Source: a virus
Lineage: Duplodnaviria > Caudoviricetes
Strand: one strand, 5' to 3'
IMG/VR virus record: IMGVR_UViG_3300048576_000605
Span: 1-39,211 of that record
Length of the DNA: 39,211 bases
Shown piece after piece: positions 1 through 8,399 of the stretch. Below the pieces are notes generated by a model. The model ran no database searches. It had not been told where the DNA came from and worked only from the letters and a program-made list of their open reading frames with translations. The number at the start of each line of letters is the position of its first letter. Positions within the stretch are counted from its first letter, which is position 1. The translations under genes and the position numbers were made by a program.

Positions 1-789
1 TCAGCGCACGTATTCCCGGCAGCTCCAGACCACCCGGCCGACGATGCGCACCCTGTCGGCGACGTCGCCGTCCATGTCTACCTCGATTGGTTCGTATTCC
101 GGGTTCTTGCTCTTTAAAATGAGCTTCCCAGGAATGCGATGGAGGTATTTCACATATACTTCCTGCTCTATTCCCACCGCAAAAAGCCCGCCTGCCAATA
201 TTTCATTTTGACTTTCATCAATCAATACCGTGTCGCCATCGCGGATTTCCGGTTCCATGCTATCGCCCAGCACATCCATCAAGACCATTTTCCCGGCGCG
301 GCCTTTGCGTAGTAGAAAATCCGTCTTGAAAGCATAGTAGCCTATCACCTTCCCTTCCGTCTCCAGACTCCCCGTCCCGGCGGAAAGACGCGCCTGAACC
401 TTGGGAACCAGCGTGTATCCCATGGCTGGCGCGGCTTCCGGGCTCATCCATTGGGGCTCGCCATCCGGGACGATATCCTGATTTTGCGCCTCAGCGGACG
501 CAATTCGAGGGGCTCCTAACGCTTTTTCTCCAATTCCGAACAGAAGCCAATCAGTAGAGACATTAAACTTTTTTGCGATTTCGATAATCCAAGCAGGAGG
601 TATCTCTTGCTTGGTCTTTGCTCCTGAAATGCTTGACTGTTTTAGGCCTATGCTGTGGGCGAGTTCCGTATCTGTGCGTGCTCCGGTGGCTTCTTTCAGG
701 CGCGCCAAAGCAGCTAGGAAGTCGGTTGCATATTCTTGAGATGAATTTGCAACCGAATATGCAACCTTTTTCGTGGTGATGTCTGGCAT
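1..789 (-). CDS. CI-like phage repressor (N-terminal HTH + S24 peptidase)
   Basis: HTH 'TDTELAHSIGLKQSSISGAK...VSTDWLLFG'; S24 motifs 'GDSMEPEIRDGD', 'VKYL', 'RIVGRVVW'; divergent from the early operon. Confidence 0.93.
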   Translation of the reverse strand: MPDITTKKVAYSVANSSQEYATDFLAALARLKEATGARTDTELAHSIGLKQSSISGAKTKQEIPPAWIIEIAKKFNVSTDWLLFGIGEKALGAPRIASAEAQNQDIVPDGEPQWMSPEAAPAMGYTLVPKVQARLSAGTGSLETEGKVIGYYAFKTDFLLRKGRAGKMVLMDVLGDSMEPEIRDGDTVLIDESQNEILAGGLFAVGIEQEVYVKYLHRIPGKLILKSKNPEYEPIEVDMDGDVADRVRIVGRVVWSCREYVR

Positions 790-857
790 TTTTCGTCAAA
801 AATTCTAAAATGTTAGGATTAAATGTTAAAAAATCCACCAAACCTGAATATGCAACC
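724..857. repeat. Four copies of 12-bp motif GAATWTGCAACC (putative operator/enhancer sites)
   Basis: Inverted copy 724-735, tandem copies 743-754 (1 mismatch) and 755-766, exact copy 846-857. Confidence 0.75.
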
Positions 858-860
858 ACT

Positions 861-896
861 AAAAATGTTGACCACCAGCATTTTTGAGGGTAATCC
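861..896 (+). promoter_or_regulatory. Putative early promoter with overlapping imperfect palindrome
   Basis: TTGACC (868-873)-N17-TAATCC (891-896); AAAAATGTTG-N5-CAGCATTTTT inverted repeat (861-885) covers the -35. Confidence 0.45.
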
Positions 897-991
897 TACC
901 CTCGTGAGGGAAAAGATTCCCGGGAGACTCATTCCTAGCAGAGGCGGAAGTTAACCTCAATCTCCGAGTCACCGGAAAAATCGGATCGAGG

Positions 992-1435
992 ATGACGGAT
1001 TTGATGCCTGCCACCAGACGCCTTTCGCTGCTGGACCTGCCCAGCCTCAACGTGGACGCGGAGATCGCGGCGTCCATGAGCCGGATCGTCGAGGCCTCGG
1101 GCCTGTCCCGGGCCGAGGCCATTGACCGGCTCAACGAGGCGGCCAGGTGCTACGGCGTGCGGCTGTGCGGCGGATCCGCCGAGGCCCTCACCCTGGCTAC
1201 GCTCGAAAAATGGCTCAATCCCAACGAATCCAAGAACGTACCGAGCACTCGGGCCCTCAATCTCTTCTGCCACGTTTTCGGCACGCCCGAGCCCCTGGAC
1301 CTGCTGGCCCGGTCCCACGGGAGGGGCTGGCGGATCATCGACGGCGAGGACGCCAAACTGCTGGAATGGGCCCGCACGGAGCGGGAAATCAAGAACCTGC
1401 GGGCGAAAAAACGCAAGATCGAGGCGGCATTATGA
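992..1435 (+). CDS. Phage early regulatory protein (putative DNA-binding, C-terminal coiled coil)
   Basis: First gene of early operon, GAGG RBS, 'LTLATLEKWLNP' helix motif, ATGA coupling to next gene. Confidence 0.65.
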   Translation: MTDLMPATRRLSLLDLPSLNVDAEIAASMSRIVEASGLSRAEAIDRLNEAARCYGVRLCGGSAEALTLATLEKWLNPNESKNVPSTRALNLFCHVFGTPEPLDLLARSHGRGWRIIDGEDAKLLEWARTEREIKNLRAKKRKIEAAL

Positions 1436-1650
1436 GACAGGGCCGGAAAATCCGCGCGTGGATGCTTGAGCGCGACCTCACGGTGGCCGAGGTGGCCCGC
1501 CGGGCCGGGGCCAGAGAGTCCCATACCTCGGAAACCCTCCACGGCAAGCGCCAGCATCGGCGCGTGCTGCAAGTGTTGGTGGATGCCGGGTGTCCGATGC
1601 GGCTGTTGGATTTGCCGGACGACATGATGAAGGGAAAGGAGGCGGCGTGA
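1432..1650 (+). CDS. Ner/Cro-like HTH regulator (72 aa)
   Basis: MRQGRKIRAWMLERDLTVAEVARRAGARESHTSETLHG; XRE-like HTH, upstream of the transposase as ner is in Mu. Confidence 0.78.
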   Translation: MRQGRKIRAWMLERDLTVAEVARRAGARESHTSETLHGKRQHRRVLQVLVDAGCPMRLLDLPDDMMKGKEAA

Positions 1651-1835
1651 TGGAATTCAAGACAGCAAAAGACGCAGTTAGACGCATACTCGAACAGTAT
1701 GCTGGTCAAGAAATCATAGAGGCGGCAATCGTTGCGATTGCCGCCCTGAATGAACTTTCTGCGGAGCGTGGTGTTGTATTTAGAGCTGAGAGTCGGACCG
1801 CAACTTTTCACGGAGCCGATGAACAAAACAACTGA
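1650..1835 (+). CDS. Hypothetical protein (61 aa)
   Basis: AAGGAGG RBS, TGATG coupling with the ner-like gene; MEFKTAKDAVRRILEQ... Confidence 0.55.
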   Translation: MEFKTAKDAVRRILEQYAGQEIIEAAIVAIAALNELSAERGVVFRAESRTATFHGADEQNN

Positions 1836-1971
1836 AGTTGTCGGCAACTTTTTCGAGAATAGCTTTGTATTGATCCTCGTTTTGGGGATGTCCACCAGGA
1901 CAAACAGGAACATCTTTTGAAATGAAAAGTTCCTTGGCCACCATGAGCAAAGCATCATCAGAATATGACAT
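1780..1971 (-). CDS. Small antisense hypothetical protein (63 aa)
   Basis: AT-rich ORF with AGGAG RBS; converges on and overlaps 1650-1835. Confidence 0.55.
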   Translation of the reverse strand: MSYSDDALLMVAKELFISKDVPVCPGGHPQNEDQYKAILEKVADNFSCFVHRLREKLRSDSQL

Positions 1972-2071
1972 TTCCGCGTCTCCTGTGTGGGTTGATGGTT
2001 GGGGAAACAGGTAACGGCGATCCTATCAGGGGACGCGGAAAACTTACAGGGCGGCAAGGCAGGCGGAAACG

Positions 2072-4303
2072 GTGATGGAAGATAGGGTTACGGTAAAGAA
2101 GATCAGAGCCGCCTTGGGCATCTCCAGACAGCGCGTTGAAACCCGGGCTGAAAAGGAAGCATGGCCTTTCGAGGAGGCGCCTTCACCTGGTCGTGGCGGT
2201 AAATGTAAGCTTTACCCTCTCGAAACCCTTCCCGCCGATGTCCGCGCCGCCCTGGGGCGGGTGGCCGCCTCGGAAGCGGCAGCGGCCGGACGGCGCGAGG
2301 GCCTCAAGCTCAAGCTCGAACGGGAAGCTGCCGAGGCCGTGGCCGATGCCGCGCGCCAGGAAGGGCTGGCCAAGTTCGTGCGCATGGGCGGCAAGGCCAA
2401 GGCGCGCGCCGAGGCCCGCGCGACGCTGCTCGCCGCCTTCGACGAGTTCATCCGCACCACGGGCCTGCCGCCCTCGACCGCCCGCCACATCTTTTCCGTC
2501 CAGTACCGCGACGGCGTGATCCAAATCGACGCCGAGGTCCGCGCCCTGCTGCCCAAGGTATGCGCAACCAGCATCGGGAACTGGCAAAAAGCCATCGCCG
2601 AGAAAGGCGTTTCGCGGCTGGCCGGGAACTTTGGCCACCGCAGGGGCACGGGAAAGATCGATCGCAACCCTGAAATCACCGACTTCATCAAGGGCATTCT
2701 GACCGTCTCGCCTCTCGCGTCAGCAACTTTCGTCCAGGAAGGACTCAAGGTCCGGTTCCCGGATGCCGCCATCGAACTGCGAGCCGTGCAACGCTGGATG
2801 CGGCAGTGGAAAGACGACAACCCCCGCTTGTATTGCGACCTGCAAAGTCCGGACACCTGCCGCTCCAGGTACCAGCCGGCCACGGGAAGCCGCATCGAAG
2901 GCATCGTGCGGCCGAACCAGCGTTGGGAGATGGACAGCACCAAGGGCGACGTCATGCTGTGGGACGGCCAGACCAGATCGCGGCACATGATCGTGGCCTG
3001 CATCGACGTCTACACGCGTCGGGTCAAATTCCTGGTTTCGCGTTCGTCGAGTGCGGCAGCCGTAGCGGCACTCCTGCGCTGCTGTTTGCTTGAATGGGGC
3101 CAGGTCGAGGAATTGGGAACTGACAATGGCGCCGATTTCGTGGCCAAGCACATCGTGCGCCTATCCCTGGCCCTTGGGATCGAACGCGACGTGGCGCAGC
3201 CCTTCACGCCTGAACACAAACCGTTCGTGGAACGCGTGTTCGGCACCTTCCTGCATGGACTTTTCGAGGGACTGTCCGGCTACATCGGGCACAACGTGGC
3301 CGAGCGCAAGGCCATTGAAGACAGGAAGGCCTTCGCGGAACGTCTATCAAAGGGCCTTTACAAGGGCGATCTGGCCGATACCCCGGAGCTGCTGCTTTCG
3401 CCCGAAGCGCTCCAGAAATTTTGCGATGAATGGGCCGACGCCTACTACGCCCACAAGCCCCACAGCGGCGAGGGCATGGACGGCAAGACGCCCTGGGAAA
3501 AGGCGTCCGAATGGACGCAGCCGATCGCGAAAATCCAGAATGTTCGGGCTCTGGACATCCTGCTTTCGCCGGTGGTCGGCAAGGATGGCTGGCGCGACGT
3601 GAAGAAAAAGGGCCTGGAAATCGACACGCATTTCTACACGGCCCCGGAATTGGGCGGCCACGAAGGCCGGCAGGTGTTTGTGCTCCAGGACGAAGCCGAT
3701 TGGGGCGCGGTCCATGTCTTTTTGCCCAAGCAGACCTCGGACGATCTGGAATACCTCTGCCGGGCTGTGTGTCCGCTCTTGACGGGCATATCCCGGCAGG
3801 AGGCGGCCATGGCCCGCCGACGCGTCTATGACAAGATCCGGGCCGAGGAAAAGGCGGCCATGAAGGCCACGGCCAAGCGCGTTGGGGCCCAGGACGTGAT
3901 GCGGGAGGTCATGGAGCACGCCGTGGAAAAGGCCAACAAACTCTCCAGGATACCCCAGCCCACCGTCCCCCACGAGACCCCCATGCTGGCCGAGGCGGCC
4001 ATTGCCGCCCGGGCCGGGGATGCGCCCACGCCTCACGAGCCGACCGCCGCCGAACTGGCCGCGCGCGCCGCCCTGGCCGAGGACATGGCCAGGGAGAAGG
4101 CGACCGTCCACGCCATGCCCGAGGCGCACGTCGAACGCCAGCGTTACAACCGCTGGTTGGCCGTCGATGCCGCCATCCGGGCCGGGCAGGACGTGCCCGA
4201 AAGAGACCGGAAGTGGTGGGAAAGTTATCAGAAGACGCCGAAATTTCTGGCCGAACGACAGATGCGTGAGTTGTTCCCGCAACTCGCCGAGGCCGGCCAG
4301 TAA
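2072..4303 (+). CDS. Mu-type DDE transposase A
   Basis: N-terminal Mu HTH 'GRGGKCKLYPLETLPADVR'; catalytic triad WEMDST / TDNGADF / KPFVERVF; C-terminal Mu domain. Confidence 0.96.
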   Translation: MMEDRVTVKKIRAALGISRQRVETRAEKEAWPFEEAPSPGRGGKCKLYPLETLPADVRAALGRVAASEAAAAGRREGLKLKLEREAAEAVADAARQEGLAKFVRMGGKAKARAEARATLLAAFDEFIRTTGLPPSTARHIFSVQYRDGVIQIDAEVRALLPKVCATSIGNWQKAIAEKGVSRLAGNFGHRRGTGKIDRNPEITDFIKGILTVSPLASATFVQEGLKVRFPDAAIELRAVQRWMRQWKDDNPRLYCDLQSPDTCRSRYQPATGSRIEGIVRPNQRWEMDSTKGDVMLWDGQTRSRHMIVACIDVYTRRVKFLVSRSSSAAAVAALLRCCLLEWGQVEELGTDNGADFVAKHIVRLSLALGIERDVAQPFTPEHKPFVERVFGTFLHGLFEGLSGYIGHNVAERKAIEDRKAFAERLSKGLYKGDLADTPELLLSPEALQKFCDEWADAYYAHKPHSGEGMDGKTPWEKASEWTQPIAKIQNVRALDILLSPVVGKDGWRDVKKKGLEIDTHFYTAPELGGHEGRQVFVLQDEADWGAVHVFLPKQTSDDLEYLCRAVCPLLTGISRQEAAMARRRVYDKIRAEEKAAMKATAKRVGAQDVMREVMEHAVEKANKLSRIPQPTVPHETPMLAEAAIAARAGDAPTPHEPTAAELAARAALAEDMAREKATVHAMPEAHVERQRYNRWLAVDAAIRAGQDVPERDRKWWESYQKTPKFLAERQMRELFPQLAEAGQ

Positions 4304-4338
4304 AAAGCGGAGGCCTGCCGTAGCACCGACAGGCCTCC
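4302..4338 (-). terminator. Hairpin between A and B; possible intrinsic terminator on the minus strand
   Basis: GGAGGCCTG (4309-4317)/CAGGCCTCC (4330-4338) stem preceded on + by AAAAA. Confidence 0.4.
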
Positions 4339-4367
4339 AGATGAAATCAAAGCAGGGAGACAAAACA

Positions 4368-5126
4368 GTGACGCAACACGGATCAACTGTCAATGGCGGC
4401 CCCGCGCCGCTGCTCAACGTGAAGCTGTGCCTGGAGGCGTTGCAGGCGGCCAGTAACCGGCCGGCCCACCTGCCCGGTATCGTGTGCATGTACGGCCCCT
4501 CGGGCTACGGCAAATCCACGGCGGCCGCCTACGTGGCCACCAGGACGGACGCCTATTACGTGGAATGCCGGTCCTCCTGGACCAAGAAGGCGTTCTTGCT
4601 GGCCATCCTCCAGACCATGGACATCCGCGACGGCGGCCGCAAACAGCCGGCGCGGACCATCTACGGCATGGTGGACCAGGCGGCCGAGGTGCTGGCCGCC
4701 GGCCGGCCGCTCATCGTCGACGAGATGGACTACCTCGTGGACAAGAATGCGGTCGAGATCGTCAAGGACCTCTATGAAAGCTCCCGGGCAACCATCCTCA
4801 TCATCGGCGAGGAGCGGCTTCCGGGGAAGCTCGAAGCCTGGGAGCGCTTCCATGGTCGCGTGATGCATTGGGTCCAGGCCCAGCCGGCCGACATCGAAGA
4901 CGCCAAGGCCTTGCGCGCCATGTATTGCGATCGCGTGCAGGTGGCCGACGACCTGCTTGCCCTGGTGGTGGAGACGGCCAAGGGCTCGGTGCGGCGCATT
5001 TGCGTGAACCTGGAGCGCATCCAGGCCGAAGGCTTGGCGGACGGACTGGACGTCGTGGACCGCGCGGCCTGGGGCAGTCGGAAGCTGTTTACCGGCGAAG
5101 CCCCGATGCGGCGGGGGCTGCGATGA
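4368..5126 (+). CDS. MuB-like AAA+ transposition ATPase
   Basis: Walker A GPSGYGKS, Walker B LIVDEMD; directly after transposase; GTG start after GGGAG RBS. Confidence 0.93.
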   Translation: MTQHGSTVNGGPAPLLNVKLCLEALQAASNRPAHLPGIVCMYGPSGYGKSTAAAYVATRTDAYYVECRSSWTKKAFLLAILQTMDIRDGGRKQPARTIYGMVDQAAEVLAAGRPLIVDEMDYLVDKNAVEIVKDLYESSRATILIIGEERLPGKLEAWERFHGRVMHWVQAQPADIEDAKALRAMYCDRVQVADDLLALVVETAKGSVRRICVNLERIQAEGLADGLDVVDRAAWGSRKLFTGEAPMRRGLR

Positions 5127-5725
5127 GCCGGCAAGCGGAGCATGTCCCGGCCGGCCTCACGGGGCGCGACCTTGTCTGGGACGCCATGCGGGATTTGCGC
5201 ACGTTTACCGTGGACGAGCTGTGTAAACGAACGGGACTGAAGCGAGGCTCCGTGGACGATTACGTCCAAGCTCTTATCAAGGCCGGCCTCGTGATCCGTT
5301 CCGGAGACCGGCCGTCTCCTCTCGGAAACGCCGGAAGCTTCCCGCGTGCCGAGTACTCCTTTGCCGCCCAGGTCGTGCCTCTGGAGACTCCCCGTGTCCA
5401 TAGGGACGGCACGATCATTCCGCAATCCGGTCGCCAACGCATGTGGCGGGCCATGGGCATCCTCAAGGAGTTTTCCCTGCGCGACCTGGTGGCCACGGCC
5501 GGCCTGCCCGAGGCCCCCATCGAAATCACCGAGGCGGGATACTACTGCAACTGGCTGGCCAGGGGTGGCTATCTGCGGTCCGCCGCGTCCGGGCGCTATC
5601 TGGTCATCCCCGCCATGCGCCACGGACCGCGCGCGCCCATGATCCAGCGGGTGCGCCGGCTGCTCGATCCCAACACGGGCGAGATCGTGTGCGAATCAGC
5701 GCCGGTCGAAGAGATGGCCCGATGA
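5123..5725 (+). CDS. Mu-like early protein with two winged-helix-like repeats
   Basis: 'GRDLVWDAMRDLRTFTVDEL' and 'GRQRMWRAMGILKEFSLRDL' repeats; ATGA coupling to B. Confidence 0.75.
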   Translation: MSRQAEHVPAGLTGRDLVWDAMRDLRTFTVDELCKRTGLKRGSVDDYVQALIKAGLVIRSGDRPSPLGNAGSFPRAEYSFAAQVVPLETPRVHRDGTIIPQSGRQRMWRAMGILKEFSLRDLVATAGLPEAPIEITEAGYYCNWLARGGYLRSAASGRYLVIPAMRHGPRAPMIQRVRRLLDPNTGEIVCESAPVEEMAR

Positions 5726-6216
5726 GCGCGATCAGAAAAACCACCCTGGCCAAGGCGCTGGCCGCCTGGGGCGGACTGGCCCCGGATTGGCTGGCGGCCC
5801 TGGCCGCCGCCTGCGACGCCACGTCCGGCCGGGCCGTGGCCGCGCGCCTGGACGTGTCCCCGGCAGCCGTGTGCCGGGTGCTCGGCGGCACCTATGGCAA
5901 TACGGCTGCGATCGAGCGACGTGTGCGGACCGTGCTCATGACCACCCGGGTGATCTGCCCGGTCTGCGGCGAGATCGAGGTCGCGGCGTGCCGGACCAAC
6001 CAGGCGCGGCCGTTTACCGCCGTGAATCCGCTTTTCGTGCGGCTTTACCAGGCCTGCCCGGCCTGTCCGCACCGGGAGGCCGACCATGAACCCCATGCGA
6101 GGACTGGATCGGGACATCCGGCGACTGACCGCGCCGGCCCGGCGCAAACCGGCCGGACGGCGGCAGCGGGATCGGCTCAAAACCCAGGCGCGGCGGCGCG
6201 AACTTCTGGAGGATGA
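5722..6216 (+). CDS. HTH + Cys-rich (zinc-binding) early regulator
   Basis: HTH 'GRAVAARLDVSPAAVCRVLGGTY'; CPVCG...C...CPAC; 3' end overlaps the next gene by 131 nt. Confidence 0.72.
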   Translation: MSAIRKTTLAKALAAWGGLAPDWLAALAAACDATSGRAVAARLDVSPAAVCRVLGGTYGNTAAIERRVRTVLMTTRVICPVCGEIEVAACRTNQARPFTAVNPLFVRLYQACPACPHREADHEPHARTGSGHPATDRAGPAQTGRTAAAGSAQNPGAAARTSGG

Positions 6217-6415
6217 CATGCTTGGCAGCAAACTCCGCAACGTGCGCAACGGCCTGGGTGTGCTGGCCGGGCTGGTGACCGAGGAGCAATGGGGGCTGAT
6301 CATGATGGCCCGCGAGGAACTGACCGACGCGGCCGATCTGGCCGACGAACTGGAAAACGCCGTGGCCGGCATGGTGCCCGGAATCGCGGCCAAGGAGGGA
6401 TGCCCCGATGCGTAA
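6086..6415 (+). CDS. Hypothetical protein
   Basis: GGAGG RBS, phage-like codon usage, overlaps gam start. Confidence 0.6.
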   Translation: MNPMRGLDRDIRRLTAPARRKPAGRRQRDRLKTQARRRELLEDDMLGSKLRNVRNGLGVLAGLVTEEQWGLIMMAREELTDAADLADELENAVAGMVPGIAAKEGCPDA

Positions 6416-6941
6416 GAAGCCCGATCCCTGTTTCGTGGTGGCCGATCTGGGTACCGCCAACCTGGCCCTGGCCCGGCTGGCCGAGATGAAAAGGGCCGTG
6501 GACGCCGAGAACCTGCGCCTCAACGAGACCATCGACAAACTCAAGGCGCACGCCACGATGATGACGGCACCGTACAGAGCCGAGGCGGCTGAGATCGAAG
6601 CGGCCCTGGCCAGCTTCGTTGCGACCAAAAAGGAAGAGCTTTTTGGCAAGAGTCGCTCCCAGAGTCTTACCTTTGGGGTGATCGGATTCCGGCGCTCCTC
6701 GGAGGTCAAGCCCAAGGGGCGGGGCACCTTGGCCAACCTCCTGGAGAAGGTGAAGGCCCTGGCGACGGGCGAAAAGGACGATCCCTTCACCGGCGCAATC
6801 CGTCTGAAGGAAGAGCTGAACCGGGACGTCATGCGCACATGGCCCGAAGAGCGGCTGGCGGCCGTGGGGGCACGGATCGCGGAGAAGGATTCCTTCTACT
6901 ATGAATTGAAAGAGGAGAAAATCAAGGAGGTTGCGGCATGA
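6408..6941 (+). CDS. gam: Mu Gam-like host-nuclease inhibitor
   Basis: Coiled-coil N-terminus, 'KSRSQSLTFGVIGFRRS', 'IRLKEELNRD', 'DSFYYE'. Confidence 0.88.
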   Translation: MRKKPDPCFVVADLGTANLALARLAEMKRAVDAENLRLNETIDKLKAHATMMTAPYRAEAAEIEAALASFVATKKEELFGKSRSQSLTFGVIGFRRSSEVKPKGRGTLANLLEKVKALATGEKDDPFTGAIRLKEELNRDVMRTWPEERLAAVGARIAEKDSFYYELKEEKIKEVAA

Positions 6942-7246
6942 ACGAGGAACGCGGCTACCGCTGCCTGCGCTGCGGGCATCTGGGCGCCAGGATCTCGTTG
7001 CCCGAGGGGCTGGCCGTGACGGCCACCTGCGCCGTGTGTGGCAGTTACGACCTTGAGGTCTGCGCCATCCCGGCCGATTTGCGCACCGTGCCCGTCCGGG
7101 TGCTGCGCAGCGCCGAAAGCCAGGCCATGTACTGGAAACGCCAAGCCGAGGCCCTGTCCCGGGTGGTCAACGCGGCCATCCAGAATGGCGTCCTGGTCGC
7201 GCCCTATGCCGGCGAGGCCCAACGGATCATGGCCGGGATGGCATAA
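6938..7246 (+). CDS. Hypothetical zinc-ribbon protein
   Basis: CLRCG...CAVCG; AAGGAGG RBS; ATGA coupling. Confidence 0.65.
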   Translation: MNEERGYRCLRCGHLGARISLPEGLAVTATCAVCGSYDLEVCAIPADLRTVPVRVLRSAESQAMYWKRQAEALSRVVNAAIQNGVLVAPYAGEAQRIMAGMA

Positions 7247-7257
7247 GCGAGGCGAAC

Positions 7258-7452
7258 ATGAGCCCATACCTGAATTGCGATGATGACTGTTGTGCCGAGC
7301 CGCATATCGAATGCCTGGCCTGCGTTCTGGGGTTGAGTGACATCGGAATGAAGGCGCTTGGCCGGTTCCTGGAAGAAAATAAGGACGCCTTGCATGCCTA
7401 TGGTCTGTCCTTGCGCGCCGTACACGACATCGTCGAGGCGACAACCGTTTGA
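7258..7452 (+). CDS. Small Cys-rich hypothetical protein
   Basis: GAGG RBS; fills gap in operon. Confidence 0.55.
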   Translation: MSPYLNCDDDCCAEPHIECLACVLGLSDIGMKALGRFLEENKDALHAYGLSLRAVHDIVEATTV

Positions 7453-7454
7453 CC

Positions 7455-7517
7455 CTGCGAAACCGCCCCGCGCGGGCGGTCGTCGGACGGTGGCGCGTCC
7501 GGCCTGATGAGCAGCCA
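7455..7517 (+). ncRNA. Hammerhead ribozyme, type II topology
   Basis: CTGC-GAAA-CCGCCC/GGGCGG-TC(cleavage after C7481)-GTCGGACG/CGTCCGGC-CTGATGA-GCAG: all core nucleotides and three stems present. Confidence 0.9.
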
Positions 7518-7531
7518 AGGAGGATAAAAAC

Positions 7532-7750
7532 ATGCTTGAACTGCTTATGGTTATACATCAATCGTACAGCCGACTTGATCATATCGAAAAGCACCTCTCT
7601 AATGCCTATCAGTTAATAAAAGTCCTCTTGGGCGAAAACCCTCTTGAAGAAAAAATGAAGGCACTTTCTGGTCTCCGGATGGAATTTGGCATCATCAAAA
7701 GCGATGCCGAATGCGCCCTGCTGTGCCTTGGCGACGGTCAGGAGGAATAG
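7532..7750 (+). CDS. Hypothetical protein (AT-rich, 72 aa)
   Basis: Strong AAGGAGG RBS immediately 3' of the ribozyme. Confidence 0.65.
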   Translation: MLELLMVIHQSYSRLDHIEKHLSNAYQLIKVLLGENPLEEKMKALSGLRMEFGIIKSDAECALLCLGDGQEE

Positions 7751-7752
7751 CC

Positions 7753-8163
7753 ATGGAATGGCGCACCATCCCTGGGTTCGAAGCCTACGAGGTCAGCCAA
7801 GACGGCACGGTCCGCAAGCGTGACTCCGGGAACCGGCTGCGTGTCGTCGGCCGCAAGGTCCGGCTCTGGGACGGGGTCGGAGGCTTCTATACGTCCGTGG
7901 ACAGCTTGGTGGCCAGGGCGTTCGGCCAGCCTGAAACGGCCGTAGCGGCCGCGCCTGTCCCTCCCGTCCACGCCGACGCGCCCCGCTTGCGGGAGCATCC
8001 CAAGGCGTCCGCTCCCCGGCCCGCGCCGCGATCGCCGGCTGATCCGGTGGCCGAGGCCCTCGTGCTCATCGAACTGGAGCAGCTCCGGCTCAAGGTGGCC
8101 AGCCTGGAGCATATCAATGCCGAGCTGATCGCCGAACTGTCCGTCTATCGGGTGGATATATGA
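7753..8163 (+). CDS. NUMOD4-motif protein lacking an HNH domain
   Basis: 'MEWRTIPGFEAYEVSQDGTVR...LVARAF' NUMOD4 pattern, then Pro/Ala linker and coiled coil; GGAGG RBS. Confidence 0.7.
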   Translation: MEWRTIPGFEAYEVSQDGTVRKRDSGNRLRVVGRKVRLWDGVGGFYTSVDSLVARAFGQPETAVAAAPVPPVHADAPRLREHPKASAPRPAPRSPADPVAEALVLIELEQLRLKVASLEHINAELIAELSVYRVDI

Positions 8164-8399
8164 GCAAGAAGCGCAAGGACCCCCAAGGCGTTTACTGGCT
8201 CGTCGTCAACGAACGCACCCCCGGCCAGGCCATCCTGGAGGCCGAGCCCGGATACAAGCCGTGCAAGCGGCCCGGCTCCTATCGCGTCATGGTGGTGGCG
8301 GTCGGTCCGATCTGTGCGGGGTGTGAGCGCGTATGCCGCATCCCGGCCACGGCCGGGCTTGGGAAGGGGGACAAGATCGTCGTGCGAGGGCGCAAATGA
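8160..8399 (+). CDS. Hypothetical protein
   Basis: ATGA coupling at both ends. Confidence 0.55.
   Translation: MSKKRKDPQGVYWLVVNERTPGQAILEAEPGYKPCKRPGSYRVMVVAVGPICAGCERVCRIPATAGLGKGDKIVVRGRK

Noticed and set aside
915-982. Imperfect hairpin in the early transcript leader (CCGG/GACTC...GAGTC/CCGG)
   Set aside because: Short interrupted stems that could arise by chance; no recognisable motif
6086-6216. 131-nt overlap between the HTH/zinc gene and the next gene as functional dual coding
   Set aside because: The overlapping tail is low-complexity and most simply reflects a lost stop codon after CPACPH
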